In this document: piece after piece, positions 41,851 to 53,553 of the stretch | How the letters are laid out: the number at the start of each line of letters is the position of its first letter | How positions within the stretch are numbered: position 1 is the first letter of the stretch | Origin: Gammaproteobacteria bacterium | GTDB lineage: Bacteria > Pseudomonadota > Gammaproteobacteria > Eutrophobiales > Eutrophobiaceae | Length of the DNA: 64,000 nt | Direction of reading: 5' to 3' | Assembly: GCA_965222155.1 (NCBI GenBank) | Contig: CBDCTH010000012.1 | Location: 3,445,456-3,509,455, forward strand | Notes under the pieces: generated by a model | Told to the model about the DNA's origin: nothing | The model's input: only the letters and a program-made list of their open reading frames with translations | Databases searched by the model: none | Translations under genes and position numbers: made by a program

Positions 41851-43083
41851 GTGGCCTTTGAGGTAGCCGGTGACAAACAGAGCCGTTATGACTGGCTACG
41901 TCGGACACTGGTTAAAGTCAACACTTCAGACTGTGGTAAAGCGAACAAGGGGGTGCTGATGCGTTACCTGATGCAGGTCAGCGGGTATTCCCGAGCGCAG
42001 GTGAAGCGGCTGATTAAACACTACCGGGAGAGCGGGCAACTGGCGCCGCGGCAGCGCACGGTATGTGGCTTTGCCCGGCGCTATACGCAGACGGATAGCC
42101 GCCTGCTGGCGGCCCTGGATGAACGCCATAACACGCCCAACGGGTTGACCCTGAAGAAGCTCTGCGAACGCGCGTATGAGGTCTTCGGTCAGGCCGAGTA
42201 TGCGCGCCTGGCCGGTATCTCGGTGTCCCACCTGTACAACCTGCGCCAATCGCAGACCTACCGGCGTCAGCGGCACACGGTGGAGAAGACCCGTCCGGTC
42301 AACCGTAACATCGGCGAACGACGTAAGCCGCAGAGTGACGGCCAACCGGGTACTATTCGCATCGATACCGTGCACCAGGGCGATTTGGACGGGGAAAAAG
42401 GCGTCTATCCTATCAATGCGGGGTAGATGAGGTGACCCGGTTCGAGGTCGTGGTCAGTGTCGAGCGCATCAGCGAGGTCTATCTCATCCCGGCCCTTCAA
42501 TACCTGCTGGAGAGCGTCCCGTTCGTGGTCCTGGGGTTCCATGCCGACAACGGCTTGGAGTACATCAACCACCGGGTCGCCCGGCTGCTGGAGAAACTGC
42601 GTATCGAGTTCACCAAGTCCCGCGCCCGGCACAGCAACGACAACGCCCTGGTGGAATGCAAGAACGGCCATGTCGTGCGCAAGCTCCTCGGCCATGCCCA
42701 TATCCCGTAGCGCTGGGCCGGCCTGCTCAATGCCTTCCATCGCCAGCACCTCAACCCGTACGTCAACTATCACCGGCCCTGCCTGTTCCCGCACACCGTC
42801 ACCGACAAGACCGGGAAACAACGAAAATGCTATCCCTACGCGTCCCTGATGACCCCGTATGAGAAACTCAAATCCCTCACCGATGCAAAGACGTACTTGA
42901 AACCGGGCGTAAGCTTTGACAGACTGGACACCATCGCTTACCGGATCAGCGACAACGCGGCGGCCGATGCCTTGCAACAGGCGCGCCGACAACTCTTTAC
43001 GACCATTTATGAACAGGCGCAGAAACGGGCTTGAGATGAGTCAGAATCACTCTCTCTTCAGGCTCAGTCCGAATTGGAAAACA
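41851..43083 (+). mobile_element. IS481/ISNCY-like DDE transposase pseudogene (5' truncated, frameshift, internal stop)
   Basis: RIDTVHQGDLDG, FHADNGLEYIN, FTKSRARHSNDNALVECKNG, TPYEKLKSL. Confidence 0.75.
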
Positions 43084-43085
43084 CT

Positions 43086-43278
43086 CCAGGTGCGCGGCAG
43101 TTACTGGACCGACCCGGGTTACAAGTTGAAGTACGACAAGCTGTACATCGAAACTATGAGTCCCTGGCTGGATATCAAACTGCTCTTCCTCTCCGTCTGG
43201 GTCGCTATCAAGCGCGTGCTCAACGGTTCGGATGTCTCCGTCATCAAAGAGGGTTCCGGGGAGAATCAAGCAAAATGA
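43086..43278 (+). pseudogene. Sugar transferase copy 3, 3' fragment
   Basis: QVRGSYWTDPGYKLKYDKLYIETMSPWLD. Confidence 0.85.
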
Positions 43279-43439
43279 GAAGATACAGAATGGCAAGCTC
43301 GCCATACTATGCAAATGCCATTAAGCGCCGGGGAAGATCAAACCGAATGAGAAGACGCAGGGCAGTCGGCCACTGTGCTCAATGTGCGCCATGATACTGA
43401 GCGCAAACACCACACTGAAGCAAGAGGAGAAAGACACCG

Positions 43440-44297
43440 GTGACTGAGCAGAAGCAGGACCGACAAGTCAGCGTTTCAATAGTCATCCTGACTTGGAATT
43501 CCGAGCGGCATATTATGGCCTGTCTGGCCTCCCTGGAGCAGGGCTTGCGCGCGTTCAGTTCCGAAGTCATCGTGGTTGACAACGGTTCGCGGGACTCAAG
43601 CTGCGCCGTCATCGAAAACAGCTGGCCCGGCGTGCGCCTGGTGCGTAACGCTGAAAACCGCGGCGTTGCCGCGGCCCGTAACCAGGGTATCCGCCTGGCC
43701 GGGGGGGACTATGTACTGGTCCTGGATGATGATACGGTCGTGCAGGCCGGTGCGCTTGACTGCCTGGCGCGTTATATGGAGGGCCGGCCCGAGGTCGGGC
43801 TGTGCGGGCCGAGACTGACCGGCGCCGACGGGGCATTGCAGTTGTCATGCCGGCAGTTTCCAACCTTGACGGATAAATTAGCCCGGCGTCTGCCCCCCTT
43901 CGCGGGCAGGAGGATGACTCAAACGGTAGAAATGGCGGACTGGGACCACCAGACGGTGCGCGCGGTGGATTACGTGATTGGCGCCTGCCAGATGATACGC
44001 CGGCGCGCCTTGCAGGAAGTGGGTCTGTTTGATGAACGCATCTTTTACGGCCCGGAGGATATCGACATGTGCCTGCGGCTGCGACAGGCCGGCTGGCAGG
44101 TCGTGTACCACCCCGAGGCTGTGGTTATGCACAATGAGCGCCGGCTGACCCGATCGCTACGCTCCGGCCTGACCTGGAAACACCTGTGGGGACTCGGCTA
44201 TTTTTTCCGTAAGCATGGCTACCTGCTGTCCCGCCGGCGGTTGTACGCGCAACTCCCCGAAGTCATGCGCCGGTCCGGCCCGGAGGTGGCGAATTGA
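43440..44297 (+). CDS. GT2 glycosyltransferase, copy 3
   Basis: Paralog of 9534..10460. Confidence 0.88.
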   Translation: MTEQKQDRQVSVSIVILTWNSERHIMACLASLEQGLRAFSSEVIVVDNGSRDSSCAVIENSWPGVRLVRNAENRGVAAARNQGIRLAGGDYVLVLDDDTVVQAGALDCLARYMEGRPEVGLCGPRLTGADGALQLSCRQFPTLTDKLARRLPPFAGRRMTQTVEMADWDHQTVRAVDYVIGACQMIRRRALQEVGLFDERIFYGPEDIDMCLRLRQAGWQVVYHPEAVVMHNERRLTRSLRSGLTWKHLWGLGYFFRKHGYLLSRRRLYAQLPEVMRRSGPEVAN

Positions 44298-44336
44298 ATC
44301 TGCCCGGTCACGCGACAAAGTTAACGGCATATTGTT

Positions 44337-45089
44337 ATGGATAAAGTATCCGTTGTCATACCCAGCTACAACTCCTCAGCGTACATCACGCGCGCCGTAG
44401 AATCTGCCCTGAACCAGACTTACGATAACCTGGAAGTGATCGTTTCCGATGACGCCTCCACCGACGACACCTGTGCCCTGGTGCGCAAGACAGACGACCC
44501 ACGCGTCCGGTTGCTGGAACATACGGAGAAAAGCAGCGCCGCCTCCGTGCGGAATTCAGCCATAGACGCGGCGACCGGGCGCTATATCGCGTTTCTCGAT
44601 TCAGACGATTACTGGTTGCCCGATAAACTGACTGTACAAATCAGCAAAATGCAGGCGGCTTCAAAGAGCTTCTCCTATACCAGCTTTATAGCCAAATCGA
44701 AAACGGGGGAGGTATTGATTGACGTGCAGGAACAAGTGGATTACAAGACCCTGTTGAAAGGAAATATAATCGGCGCCTCAACAGTCGTTTATGATGCCGG
44801 CGCGCTGGGCAAGATGTACATGCCGTTGTTGCCCATGACGGAAGATTACGCGACCTGGCTGAACATACTGAGGCAGTGCGGTTCAGGGCTGGGGATATGC
44901 GAACCGCTGACGTATTATACGATACGCAGCGGTTCACTGTCTTCGCGGTTTGTGGTGGCTGTGTATTTCAATTACCAGATGTATAGAAAAACGCAAGGTT
45001 TGTCGCCAGCCATGGCACTGTATTACCTGTCCCGGAATTCGCTGAGGGCGCTACGGAAACGAGCGCAGTATTTGACGAGTAATTTATAA
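44337..45089 (+). CDS. GT2 glycosyltransferase (TuaG-like)
   Basis: Paralog of 13522..14292. Confidence 0.88.
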   Translation: MDKVSVVIPSYNSSAYITRAVESALNQTYDNLEVIVSDDASTDDTCALVRKTDDPRVRLLEHTEKSSAASVRNSAIDAATGRYIAFLDSDDYWLPDKLTVQISKMQAASKSFSYTSFIAKSKTGEVLIDVQEQVDYKTLLKGNIIGASTVVYDAGALGKMYMPLLPMTEDYATWLNILRQCGSGLGICEPLTYYTIRSGSLSSRFVVAVYFNYQMYRKTQGLSPAMALYYLSRNSLRALRKRAQYLTSNL

Positions 45090-45186
45090 ATGTTACGTCG
45101 GACGGGCTTCCCCGAATGACGCGCCGGGTTTCCGGTCTCGATTCCGTGGCGCGCACTGAGCGATGATGTAACGACATACCAGCAAA

Positions 45187-46374
45187 ATGTTAAACGTCCT
45201 CCACGTTACGGCCAGCATGTCGCCCACCTGGACCGGGCCTGCCTTTGCCGTGGCGGAACTCACTTCGGAGCTGTCCCGGCAAGGCGTGGGCTGCGAGATT
45301 GTCACGACCCGTGGCTACCGGGTGGGCAGCAACCCCATGTCCCCTCCCGGCGTGCCCGTGCACAGTTTCGACGCGGGGCTGCCGGCGCGCCTCTGGACCG
45401 CTTATGCGAAAGAATTGTCCCGCTTTATCGATGACAGGGCGGCCGACTATGACCTCATCCACGTCCACGAGGTATGGCATTACCCCGGCTACGTCGCTTT
45501 GCGCGCCGCCGTAAGACATCAACTCCCCTGCGTGCTGAGCCTTCACGGCGGACTCAGCCAGTGGGGCCTGCGGCAGAAGGCGCTGAAGAAACGCATCTAC
45601 CGGTTTGTCCTGCAGGACCGGATGTTGCGCAATGCCGGTGTGTTGCATGCGATTACCCACGCCGAACGGGAACAGTTCGCCCGGTTGGGCTTCGCAACCC
45701 CGACGGTGGTCATCCCGAACGGGGTAGTACCCGCCTCGTTCGAGGCGTTGCCGGAACCGGCTGCGCTGACGCGGCGCTTTCCGCCTTTGGCGGGAAAACG
45801 CGTTGTCCTGTTTTTGGGCCGGCTGCATCCTGTCAAGGGCCTGGACGTGCTGGTGCGCAGTTTCGCCACCATTGCCCGGCGTTTTGAAGACGCCGCGTTA
45901 CTGCTCGCGGGGCCGGACAAGTTCGGAACCCGGCAATACCTGGAATCTGTCCTGCGTGAACTCGGCCTGCTGGACCGGGCAGTGTTTACCGGCATGCTGA
46001 CGGGCAGGGACAAGCTGGCAGCCCTGAGTTGTGCCGAGCTCCTGGTGCTGTCGTCCCATACCGAGGCGCTGGGGATAGCCGCGCTGGAAGCGATGGCGGC
46101 GCGCCTGCCCGTGGTGGTCAGCGAAGGCTGCGGGTTCCCGGAAGTCGCCGAGCGCGGCGCCGGCCTGGTCGTGAAAACCGACGAGACGGCCATCGCCGAA
46201 GCGGTATGCAGGTTGCTGGCGGATGCCCCGCTTCGGCACCGTATGGGAGAGCAGGGGCGCAAACTGGTATGTGAAAGTTATACCTGGCAGATAACCGCGA
46301 ATCAGATAACCAATCTATATAAGAGTCTTATGGCAGGCAAGCCGGTAAAAGGCAACTATGACTGTGACCCCTAA
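45187..46374 (+). CDS. GT4 glycosyltransferase
   Basis: FLGRLHPVKG, EALGIAALEAMAARLPVV. Confidence 0.9.
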   Translation: MLNVLHVTASMSPTWTGPAFAVAELTSELSRQGVGCEIVTTRGYRVGSNPMSPPGVPVHSFDAGLPARLWTAYAKELSRFIDDRAADYDLIHVHEVWHYPGYVALRAAVRHQLPCVLSLHGGLSQWGLRQKALKKRIYRFVLQDRMLRNAGVLHAITHAEREQFARLGFATPTVVIPNGVVPASFEALPEPAALTRRFPPLAGKRVVLFLGRLHPVKGLDVLVRSFATIARRFEDAALLLAGPDKFGTRQYLESVLRELGLLDRAVFTGMLTGRDKLAALSCAELLVLSSHTEALGIAALEAMAARLPVVVSEGCGFPEVAERGAGLVVKTDETAIAEAVCRLLADAPLRHRMGEQGRKLVCESYTWQITANQITNLYKSLMAGKPVKGNYDCDP

Positions 46375-46428
46375 TCCCGCATTAGAGATTTGAAACGGTC
46401 ATTCAAGGCGCATTCTGTCTGTTTGCCA

Positions 46429-46455
46429 AATCAATCGAGTCTGACCCCATTGATT
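46429..46455. repeat. Solo REP-like end AATCAATCGAGTCTGACCCCATTGATT
   Basis: Contains TCTGACCCC like the junction-element ends; lies where polysaccharide copy 3 stops. Confidence 0.45.
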
Positions 46456-46689
46456 TCGGCCGCAGCAACTCAGCCACACACACCAAGCCGCCGCGCCCGG
46501 TCAATAAATCGTTGGTATTTGCGATTCTGTACGGTACGATTTGCATAAGCCTTGTCTGTTGCACCCAGCGGGTGATAGTCATTGATCGTACAACCTATTA
46601 TACAGGCAAGGCTTTTTTGATTCCTGCACTTTCTAATGCGGGATTAGGGGGATGGATAGGTATTGACTTATGGAGCGAGTTGTGCGTTA

Positions 46690-47987
46690 GGGAACCTCTA
46701 ATAATTGACGATTTCCGTTACTATCGCTATCTATGCGGGCAAGCCGGGTTCTTTTACATATAAATGTATTCGGCCAGTGGCGAAATGACCCCGTGCTCGC
46801 CTTCATCGACCCCTTAATCGGGCCGTTTTATTGCCTTCGGGTGTCGGTTTGACACCAGCCGGGCGTTGTCTCCGTCAAGCAGGCGCGCTGACCCCTTCCA
46901 GGTAACACAGTCGTCGCATGTTATACACCAGGTTCAGCATCCCAATGGCCAACTCACTGCGCGCCAGCCCGATACAGCGTATCAGCTTGGCCCGGGTCGC
47001 ACACTGCGCCCCGAACACGTGCTCCACCCGCACCCGCACCTTGGCCCGCGTGCGGTTGCCCTGCTGCGCCCACGCCGTCAACGGCTTGTTGCGGCGCCCC
47101 TTGCGCTGAATGTGGCTGCGGTAGCGCTGGGCCTGCAAGCGTTCCTCCTGCTCCCTGGAACGGTAGGCGCGGTCCGCCCATAACGCCTTGCTGCTGTTGT
47201 GCTCATCCAACAACTCATCGAGCAGTTGGGAATCATGCACAGTCGCCGCGCTCACCGCATACGTGCGTATCAGCTTGTGCGCATTGTCCACGTTCACGTG
47301 ATTCTTGTACCCGTAATGACTCCTGCCCCGCTGCTTCGTCCAACGTGCCTCCACGTCCTTCTGCCGCCGCTTGGATTTGGCTGCCTCATCGTCCCAGCCC
47401 GCAGGTGCCTCCCCCGCCTTAAGCGCCGCATTCTCCTCGCGCGTGTTGCGCTGCACCGGCACCGGCACCAGGGACGCATCCACCCACTGCCCCTTGCGCG
47501 CCCGATACCCCAAGTCTGCCAACTGCTCGGCAAAGCGCGTAAATAACGTATCCATCAGGCCCAACCTCACCAACTTCTCCCGAAACGCCCAGAAGGTCTT
47601 CGCAGCCGGTGCCCGACGCACATTATCCAACCCCATAAACCGCTGAAAACTGCGCCGGTCTTCAAGCTGATATTCCAACTGCTCATCACTCAACCCGTAC
47701 AAATGCTGTAACACCAACCCCTTGAACAGCAGCACCTCATCCCGACGCGGCGCACCCGCCTTGCTCTTGCGGGTCGTGGGACGGATACGCACCAATAGCG
47801 GACGAAATGCCTCCCAGTCCACTACCTCACCCAACCGCACCAGAGGATCCTTCAGTTTATTCAAGCGGGTGTCTTGCAAGTCAAACAACGAACCGAATAT
47901 GTCTTGTGTCTTCATGAAACCACCTTGAGGAAAGAGTTGAAATAAGTCACCGCTATTATATCATCTGACCGAATAAATAGAGGTTCC
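46690..47987 (-). mobile_element. IS5-family element; transposase 46875..47915 apparently intact
   Basis: TIR GGAACCTCTA; VDASLV, YGYKNH, ADRAY, RVRVEHVFG. Confidence 0.9.
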
Positions 47988-48570
47988 TTCAAGTTGTGGC
48001 TCCGGCTTGCCATCCGAGACAAATGCCGTAATGACCGAAAAATATTTCGACAGAAATGCGAATGAGACTACGCACGGGTGCATTTTCTATCTGGGCAACC
48101 GGGTAGTAGGGAAGCATAGGATTATCTTTAAGCATCCGAGGGCCGACCTAACTTGGTGAAATTGACATTATTCATCAGGTGAAAATGATACTTTAAAAGT
48201 GGTGAAACTGTTAATGGGAAACTTATCGAGTTGTTGAATTGAAAATGTGAAACATCTGTAAATCAGGTCTTGGTCTTCTCCCCTTGAATAGTATTGACCA
48301 GATTATTGAGGATTGGGTACCATTAATGGAGGCAAATTTGAAAAAGGAAGCAATGTCCGCAAAGACGAGGGAGATACACAAAGAAAAGTTTCAGGTAAAT
48401 ATCACCCTGTTGGCAGAGCAGACTAACATTCCCGTTCAAAAGTTCTGGACGGATTTTCGATAAGATGTCTTTACTATTCTCGCACCGGTTATTATTGGAA
48501 TTCTCAAATACATAGATAAGCATGAAAGCTCTAGCCTTAGAAGACAAGGACAATGTGTAGGCATACTATT

Positions 48571-51258
48571 TTACTGCCAACTCTGACCGAATACTTTCTC
48601 CAACCCCATCATGCTGGTTGGCAGTTCCTGCTCACACGTTATCCCAAGATAGGTGGCTGCCCTTGTAGCTCCTACGTAAAGATATTTGTCAAAAAGGTCA
48701 GGCTGAAGCCTCGCCAGCTGATCGATTCCAACGAAAAACGCTGCTTCGAACTCTAGTCCTTTGATGTGATGAATATTAAACACCCGAACTGCACTATCAT
48801 GTCCGTGTACCTGCCCGTCTGAACAGGCAATAACCTGGATGTTTTGACCCACCAAGGCGTTACTGAGGGCAGTCGCAATGGTACGCACTTTTTCTTCATC
48901 GTTTACAAGCACTGCAATCGACGGCAAGTCATGGATGAAACGCTCGATTTCTACGATCCGCTCAGCTAGCCAACCCGCAATTTGTGAATCCTCAGTCATG
49001 TTTTTCACTAGAACCGGCGCAACGCCGTCGTTGTCTACATGGTCAGGCAACACAACATCGGTAGTGCTGTCTCCCGATATGCCTGCGAGCTGCTTGGCGA
49101 GGTCATTTAACTGATGGCTTTGCCTGTATACTACAGAGATGCGCTTTGTATCCATATCAGGAACCACCCACTTCATTTCCTCGACTGAGCGAGTGCCCCA
49201 GCTCGTAACACGCTGGTTGAAGTCACCACAGGCGAAGAACGAACGCGTTCCGGGTCGCGCCAACGCTGCCATACACGCCAGTTGGATAGGTGAGAAATCC
49301 GTCGCCTCGTCCACAAATACCTGAATTCGATACAGCTGCTCTACCCTCTCTAAAGTAGTGCCTGCCGGATTATCCGTACCGCGCAAGCTGCGAGCACCCG
49401 TAATCAGATAGTCTGTGCCTCGGATCATCGCTAATAGGAGGATATCTACCTCCAAAGGGTGAATATCCGTATGGCTGAATCCGTCGGTGAGATACCAGCG
49501 TTTCTCACCCTGCCGAACTCGGCGGTATCTACGATACCGTATTGGTACGCGGTCAATGTATCTGCGGACAGGATTTACGAATCGCCTCAGGGCCGATTGA
49601 ACTATAAGGTTGGTACCAACATCCAGCAAATCCCGTTCGCTGAGTGATCGGTCACCTATCCATTCGATCAATCTTCCATTACGGCTCGTTTTGCCGACAC
49701 TCCGTCTTCTCGCTCGTGCCCTAGCGTATGCACGAACTGCCCGCATGTAATGGGAGACGGCAGCTGTTTGCCCAACTCGTGACTGACTGGACTCCTCTTC
49801 GTCTTCGGAGTCCTGATCTTCCGGTTCGTCGTTCAATTCTTTCAGACCTTCAATGAACTTTGCCATATCATCAAGAAACTGCCTGTCACGGTTGATCTGG
49901 AAGTTCAGTGCACCGCGGATTTTCTGATCTGTGATTTCCTTCATGCTCCTGACTAAATCTTGTATCTCATTTGCTACTGTTGTAAGGGACACAAAGACGC
50001 TAGGTTGCGGTGTTGGTCCAGCCGTATCTAGGACCGCTAGAATCCTGCTGCCAAGTTTCGATATCTCTTGCGCTGTATTCTCACTCAAGCTCAGTGCCGA
50101 AGTGCGCGTCTCTTCCCAAAAGGCCGATTTCTGCCATTGATCAAAGTCGGAAAACCAAGCGATCTGATCGGTTTCGGTCGCGACCTCAAGAGTTCGCGCA
50201 GTGTCCTTCATCACGAATGGGCTACGGTTGTCCCCCGGGCGCAAGATGCCGAAATTCTTTCTTGCCAAGTTGTAGCGGAAGACCGTCCAGGTGGTGATAC
50301 GTTCGTCCGGTGCCGGGATTCCTTCCCTATTGAACGCTTCTTTCATATACAACTTCAATAGCTCCGTTGGTGTGAACATGATCCAGCTTCGTGCGTGATC
50401 ATCCTTTCCACCAAAGGTGTTAGCCTGGATTGATTGTTGTTCGTCCTCGTTTAGGAATGCTGTGTCGAGCTTCTGCCCCAGACGTCTTATCAGCGTCGTT
50501 GTCTTACCCGTGCCAGGGGCACCAAGAATGAGTAGGCGACTATTCAATGGGAGGCGGAAGATATCGTCTTGATACTGGTCAAGGATGGGCTGGTCGCGCA
50601 GGTCCATTTTAGTGATGACGCTTCGACGAAGCCCCTGCCGCACGTTCTCAGCCTTGCTTTCTTCCTCCAAGAGGCGATCAATGGCGTCTATTTCCTTGCC
50701 GTCACGCTTGAGCAAAGCCCGTAGCGATTCAACGGTTAGCGGCCCATAGGCATCCCCTTCGAGAACTGAGTTGTGGGAATCCCATTCCTGGTCCGTCAAT
50801 ATCGGATAGAACTTCGCGTTCTCCAGTACCTCGACAAGGATCGTTTGACCGTCACGCGGCAAAGTATGCTCTGACCTAACGGGAAGTGAAGCTAGGCGTC
50901 CCACAGGCGAACGATAACTCGCGAGCTTTATTTCCGTATCAAGCCCCGGCGGCGATGCCACACGACAGATGTAGTACGTTGTCTTATCTCCGTTCTCGTC
51001 GATCACTAACACACGGGCGATAGCAGGCTCACCGCTAAGTATCCTGTAACCTTCAGTGCTAGCCCGTATGCTCTGCTCTATGTTCTTGACTGCTTCAGAA
51101 TTAGTCCATGTGTTGGGGGCGGCAAGTGCTTCAGACGCGCTGCTGGGCAAAACGCTGGCAAGATGAGATTTGGCGGACTCGGCTACCTTCAAGAAGGTTC
51201 CCAAGCTTTCATCTGCGATAACCTCAATGCGGTCTTGATTCTCCTTGGAATTTGCCAT
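48571..51258 (-). CDS. Large SF1 (UvrD/HelD-like) helicase
   Basis: GAPGTGKTT, VDEATDFS, CGDFNQR, YRQS, KGLEFE, YVGATRA. Confidence 0.85.
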   Translation of the reverse strand: MANSKENQDRIEVIADESLGTFLKVAESAKSHLASVLPSSASEALAAPNTWTNSEAVKNIEQSIRASTEGYRILSGEPAIARVLVIDENGDKTTYYICRVASPPGLDTEIKLASYRSPVGRLASLPVRSEHTLPRDGQTILVEVLENAKFYPILTDQEWDSHNSVLEGDAYGPLTVESLRALLKRDGKEIDAIDRLLEEESKAENVRQGLRRSVITKMDLRDQPILDQYQDDIFRLPLNSRLLILGAPGTGKTTTLIRRLGQKLDTAFLNEDEQQSIQANTFGGKDDHARSWIMFTPTELLKLYMKEAFNREGIPAPDERITTWTVFRYNLARKNFGILRPGDNRSPFVMKDTARTLEVATETDQIAWFSDFDQWQKSAFWEETRTSALSLSENTAQEISKLGSRILAVLDTAGPTPQPSVFVSLTTVANEIQDLVRSMKEITDQKIRGALNFQINRDRQFLDDMAKFIEGLKELNDEPEDQDSEDEEESSQSRVGQTAAVSHYMRAVRAYARARARRRSVGKTSRNGRLIEWIGDRSLSERDLLDVGTNLIVQSALRRFVNPVRRYIDRVPIRYRRYRRVRQGEKRWYLTDGFSHTDIHPLEVDILLLAMIRGTDYLITGARSLRGTDNPAGTTLERVEQLYRIQVFVDEATDFSPIQLACMAALARPGTRSFFACGDFNQRVTSWGTRSVEEMKWVVPDMDTKRISVVYRQSHQLNDLAKQLAGISGDSTTDVVLPDHVDNDGVAPVLVKNMTEDSQIAGWLAERIVEIERFIHDLPSIAVLVNDEEKVRTIATALSNALVGQNIQVIACSDGQVHGHDSAVRVFNIHHIKGLEFEAAFFVGIDQLARLQPDLFDKYLYVGATRAATYLGITCEQELPTSMMGLEKVFGQSWQ

Positions 51259-51705
51259 TGTATTTCTCGTTATGTTTTCAATCGTTCTTAATTTCTTACT
51301 ACGAGAATCAAACATAACAAAGTTATCGGTAAATTGCTGAAAACCTATTCTTAAATTCAGATAATGAAAAAAATGGTTAACAGGACACCCACCATAAGTT
51401 GCCACCTGGGGTTGCCAGAGGCGAATGTTATGGTGCATGTCCAAGTAAGGTGAACGAATTGTAGTATTTGAAAACTCTGACCCCGATACAGGGGCACCAC
51501 GTATAGTAGCTAGAATCGAGGACTTCGATCACATACGCAACGCCATGAGAAATCATTGATAACGATGGTGAACACAATAACGGATTGGGATTCCTGATAA
51601 GAATTGCAAGCGCCAACCTGTTCGGGTTATGATCACACGAAGCCGTCAAGATAGATACAATTATAGTGGACAGATGATACTGTATGGAATAATGAGCTTA
51701 CGATC

Positions 51706-52560
51706 ATGAAAACGGTTGCAACAATCAATTTCAAAGGCGGCGTGGGCAAAACAACTGTTACTTGGTGTTTGGGAGACGTGCTTTCAACCTTTGGTAATTC
51801 TAATGTTCTTCTTTTTGACCTTGATGCTCAGATGTCGCTCACCCAGGCTATTGCTCTGGATGCTGATGGGTCCTCGTCAGGGAAATTTGATCAATGGTAT
51901 GAAAAGAGTATCAACAATCAAAGAAATATTTTCTCCGTTCTTCGCCGGCATTTGGAAGACGACCTGACGAAATTCGAACCTGATAACGGATTTGTCTACA
52001 GGTTAAAGAAAAACTATCACTTCGTTCCGTCAACCGAGCAATTGTATTGGCTTGAACTTGAAACCCCGGACCCTGGCAAAGGAAAGTTTTTCGTCAAAAA
52101 CCTTCTGGGCCGAATCCAGAACTCCGGTAGTCTGCCGGAATATGACTACGTTCTATTTGATTGTCCGCCGTCATTTACGCTTCTGTCGTACAGCGTTCTT
52201 ACGTGTTGCGACCTCATTCTTATTCCATTTAATCCGGATTTCTTTGCTGCTCGTGGTATCGGTTTGCTGATTGCCGGTTTGCGTCATCGAATACAACCAC
52301 ACCCATTACCGCGGCTCGGAGTATTCGCAAATCGAGTGCGAACATACCGCCAACCTACAAGACTTGCGCGAGCTTGGATTAACGATGTTAAGGAAGCATG
52401 TAGACAGGCCAGTGATCAAAATAATCTTGATATCCGCTTTATGGATACTTGGATTCCTGACCGTACTTCGCTACGCGATGCCATAACGAATCGTATGACG
52501 CCCACCGAACTTGTTCATGAGTTCAGGTCGCTCTGGTCCGAAGCGGAGAATATGCTATGA
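51706..52560 (+). CDS. Orphan ParA/Soj-family ATPase, copy B
   Basis: NFKGGVGKTT, DLDAQ, FDCPPS. Confidence 0.88.
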   Translation: MKTVATINFKGGVGKTTVTWCLGDVLSTFGNSNVLLFDLDAQMSLTQAIALDADGSSSGKFDQWYEKSINNQRNIFSVLRRHLEDDLTKFEPDNGFVYRLKKNYHFVPSTEQLYWLELETPDPGKGKFFVKNLLGRIQNSGSLPEYDYVLFDCPPSFTLLSYSVLTCCDLILIPFNPDFFAARGIGLLIAGLRHRIQPHPLPRLGVFANRVRTYRQPTRLARAWINDVKEACRQASDQNNLDIRFMDTWIPDRTSLRDAITNRMTPTELVHEFRSLWSEAENML

Positions 52561-53021
52561 GCATTGATAAGAAGATATATGCCGATAACCAGGATGAACT
52601 GGAACTGCTTGTGCTTGAACTCTCGGAAGTCAAAGGTATCCTGCGAGAATTATCACAACAGGTGCTACGGGTAGAAAGACGGGTAAAAGCTGCATTGCCT
52701 GCGTCTCAAAAGCCGTCAAAATCAAATCCTCGTCAGCGGCTTGATGAAAGCGCTGCGCGCCGTACCATCAGTCGTTTGAGGGAACGCGCCAGGGGCGGAG
52801 AGCAAATCGAAAACGAGCTCAGGAACATGAAGGTTAAGGACGAACTGGCAGTTATGGCCAGGGAACTGGGGATGACAAACGCGAAGTTACCGCCAAAGGA
52901 TGATCTCATCCGCCGAATTTCGACCCGGCTTCGTCAAAGCGCATCGGTTGTAAGTAGTATCCATGAAGGGGTACGAGAGGACAGTGAAAGTCTTCCTGGT
53001 GAAGACCGGGTAGATACGTGA
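52557..53021 (+). CDS. Hypothetical ParA-coupled protein B
   Basis: ATGA overlap; N-terminal coiled coil; Rho-N/HEH-like ELAVMARELGM...KDDLIRRI. Confidence 0.7.
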   Translation: MSIDKKIYADNQDELELLVLELSEVKGILRELSQQVLRVERRVKAALPASQKPSKSNPRQRLDESAARRTISRLRERARGGEQIENELRNMKVKDELAVMARELGMTNAKLPPKDDLIRRISTRLRQSASVVSSIHEGVREDSESLPGEDRVDT

Positions 53022-53049
53022 GGCGATTATCGTAAATCCAAATCCAGCT

Positions 53050-53553
53050 ATGACTTGCCAAACCGGTGTAAACTTTTTATGGGGTATGGCATCAACAGTC
53101 TTTGGATGTGTGTTGCTTGCCATTCTCTTTTTTCTCTCAAGAGAAATATAGTTCCCGCTACCCAATGTAACTGGAAAATGGCATGTTGAAATGCGCACGT
53201 CCAAAACGGCTTACGAACCGTATGAAGGCATGGTATTGAGATATATAGCGATAGTCTGGCGCGAGGGCTCTGTTATCAAGGGTACCGTGGAGCAAGTCTA
53301 TGAAAACTCTTCGACAGGCGAACGTGAATATGTGGGCAAGAACAGGACTCGTGGTCAGGTCGAGGGGCACATTGAGAAACGATATTTTTTGAAGAACGGG
53401 GTGTCTCTACATATCGTTGAGGATGGTCACGGACGACAGTCAACATGTTTTTATGAACTTGTTGTATAGAGAAACGACCGTATGACAGGCACTTTTTTTG
53501 CGATGGCAGCAGCTTCTCAAGGTGAAGTAACTTGGCAACGAGAACCATTCTGA
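53050..53553 (+). pseudogene. TM plus beta-strand-rich protein with two in-frame TAG stops
   Basis: One frame: MTCQTG...TM...REI*FPLPNVTGKWHV...ELVV*RNDRMTGTF...GEVTWQREPF*. Confidence 0.55.

Noticed and set aside
14809-53553. Integron cassette array
   Set aside because: No integron integrase and no convincing paired RYYYAAC...GTTRRRY attC hairpins; cargo lies in both orientations and is often truncated.
53050-53553. TAG read-through or stop-codon recoding
   Set aside because: In-frame TAGs occur only in decayed genes and fit single CAG/TGG to TAG transitions; intact genes such as 13522..14292 and 27778..28296 end in TAG.
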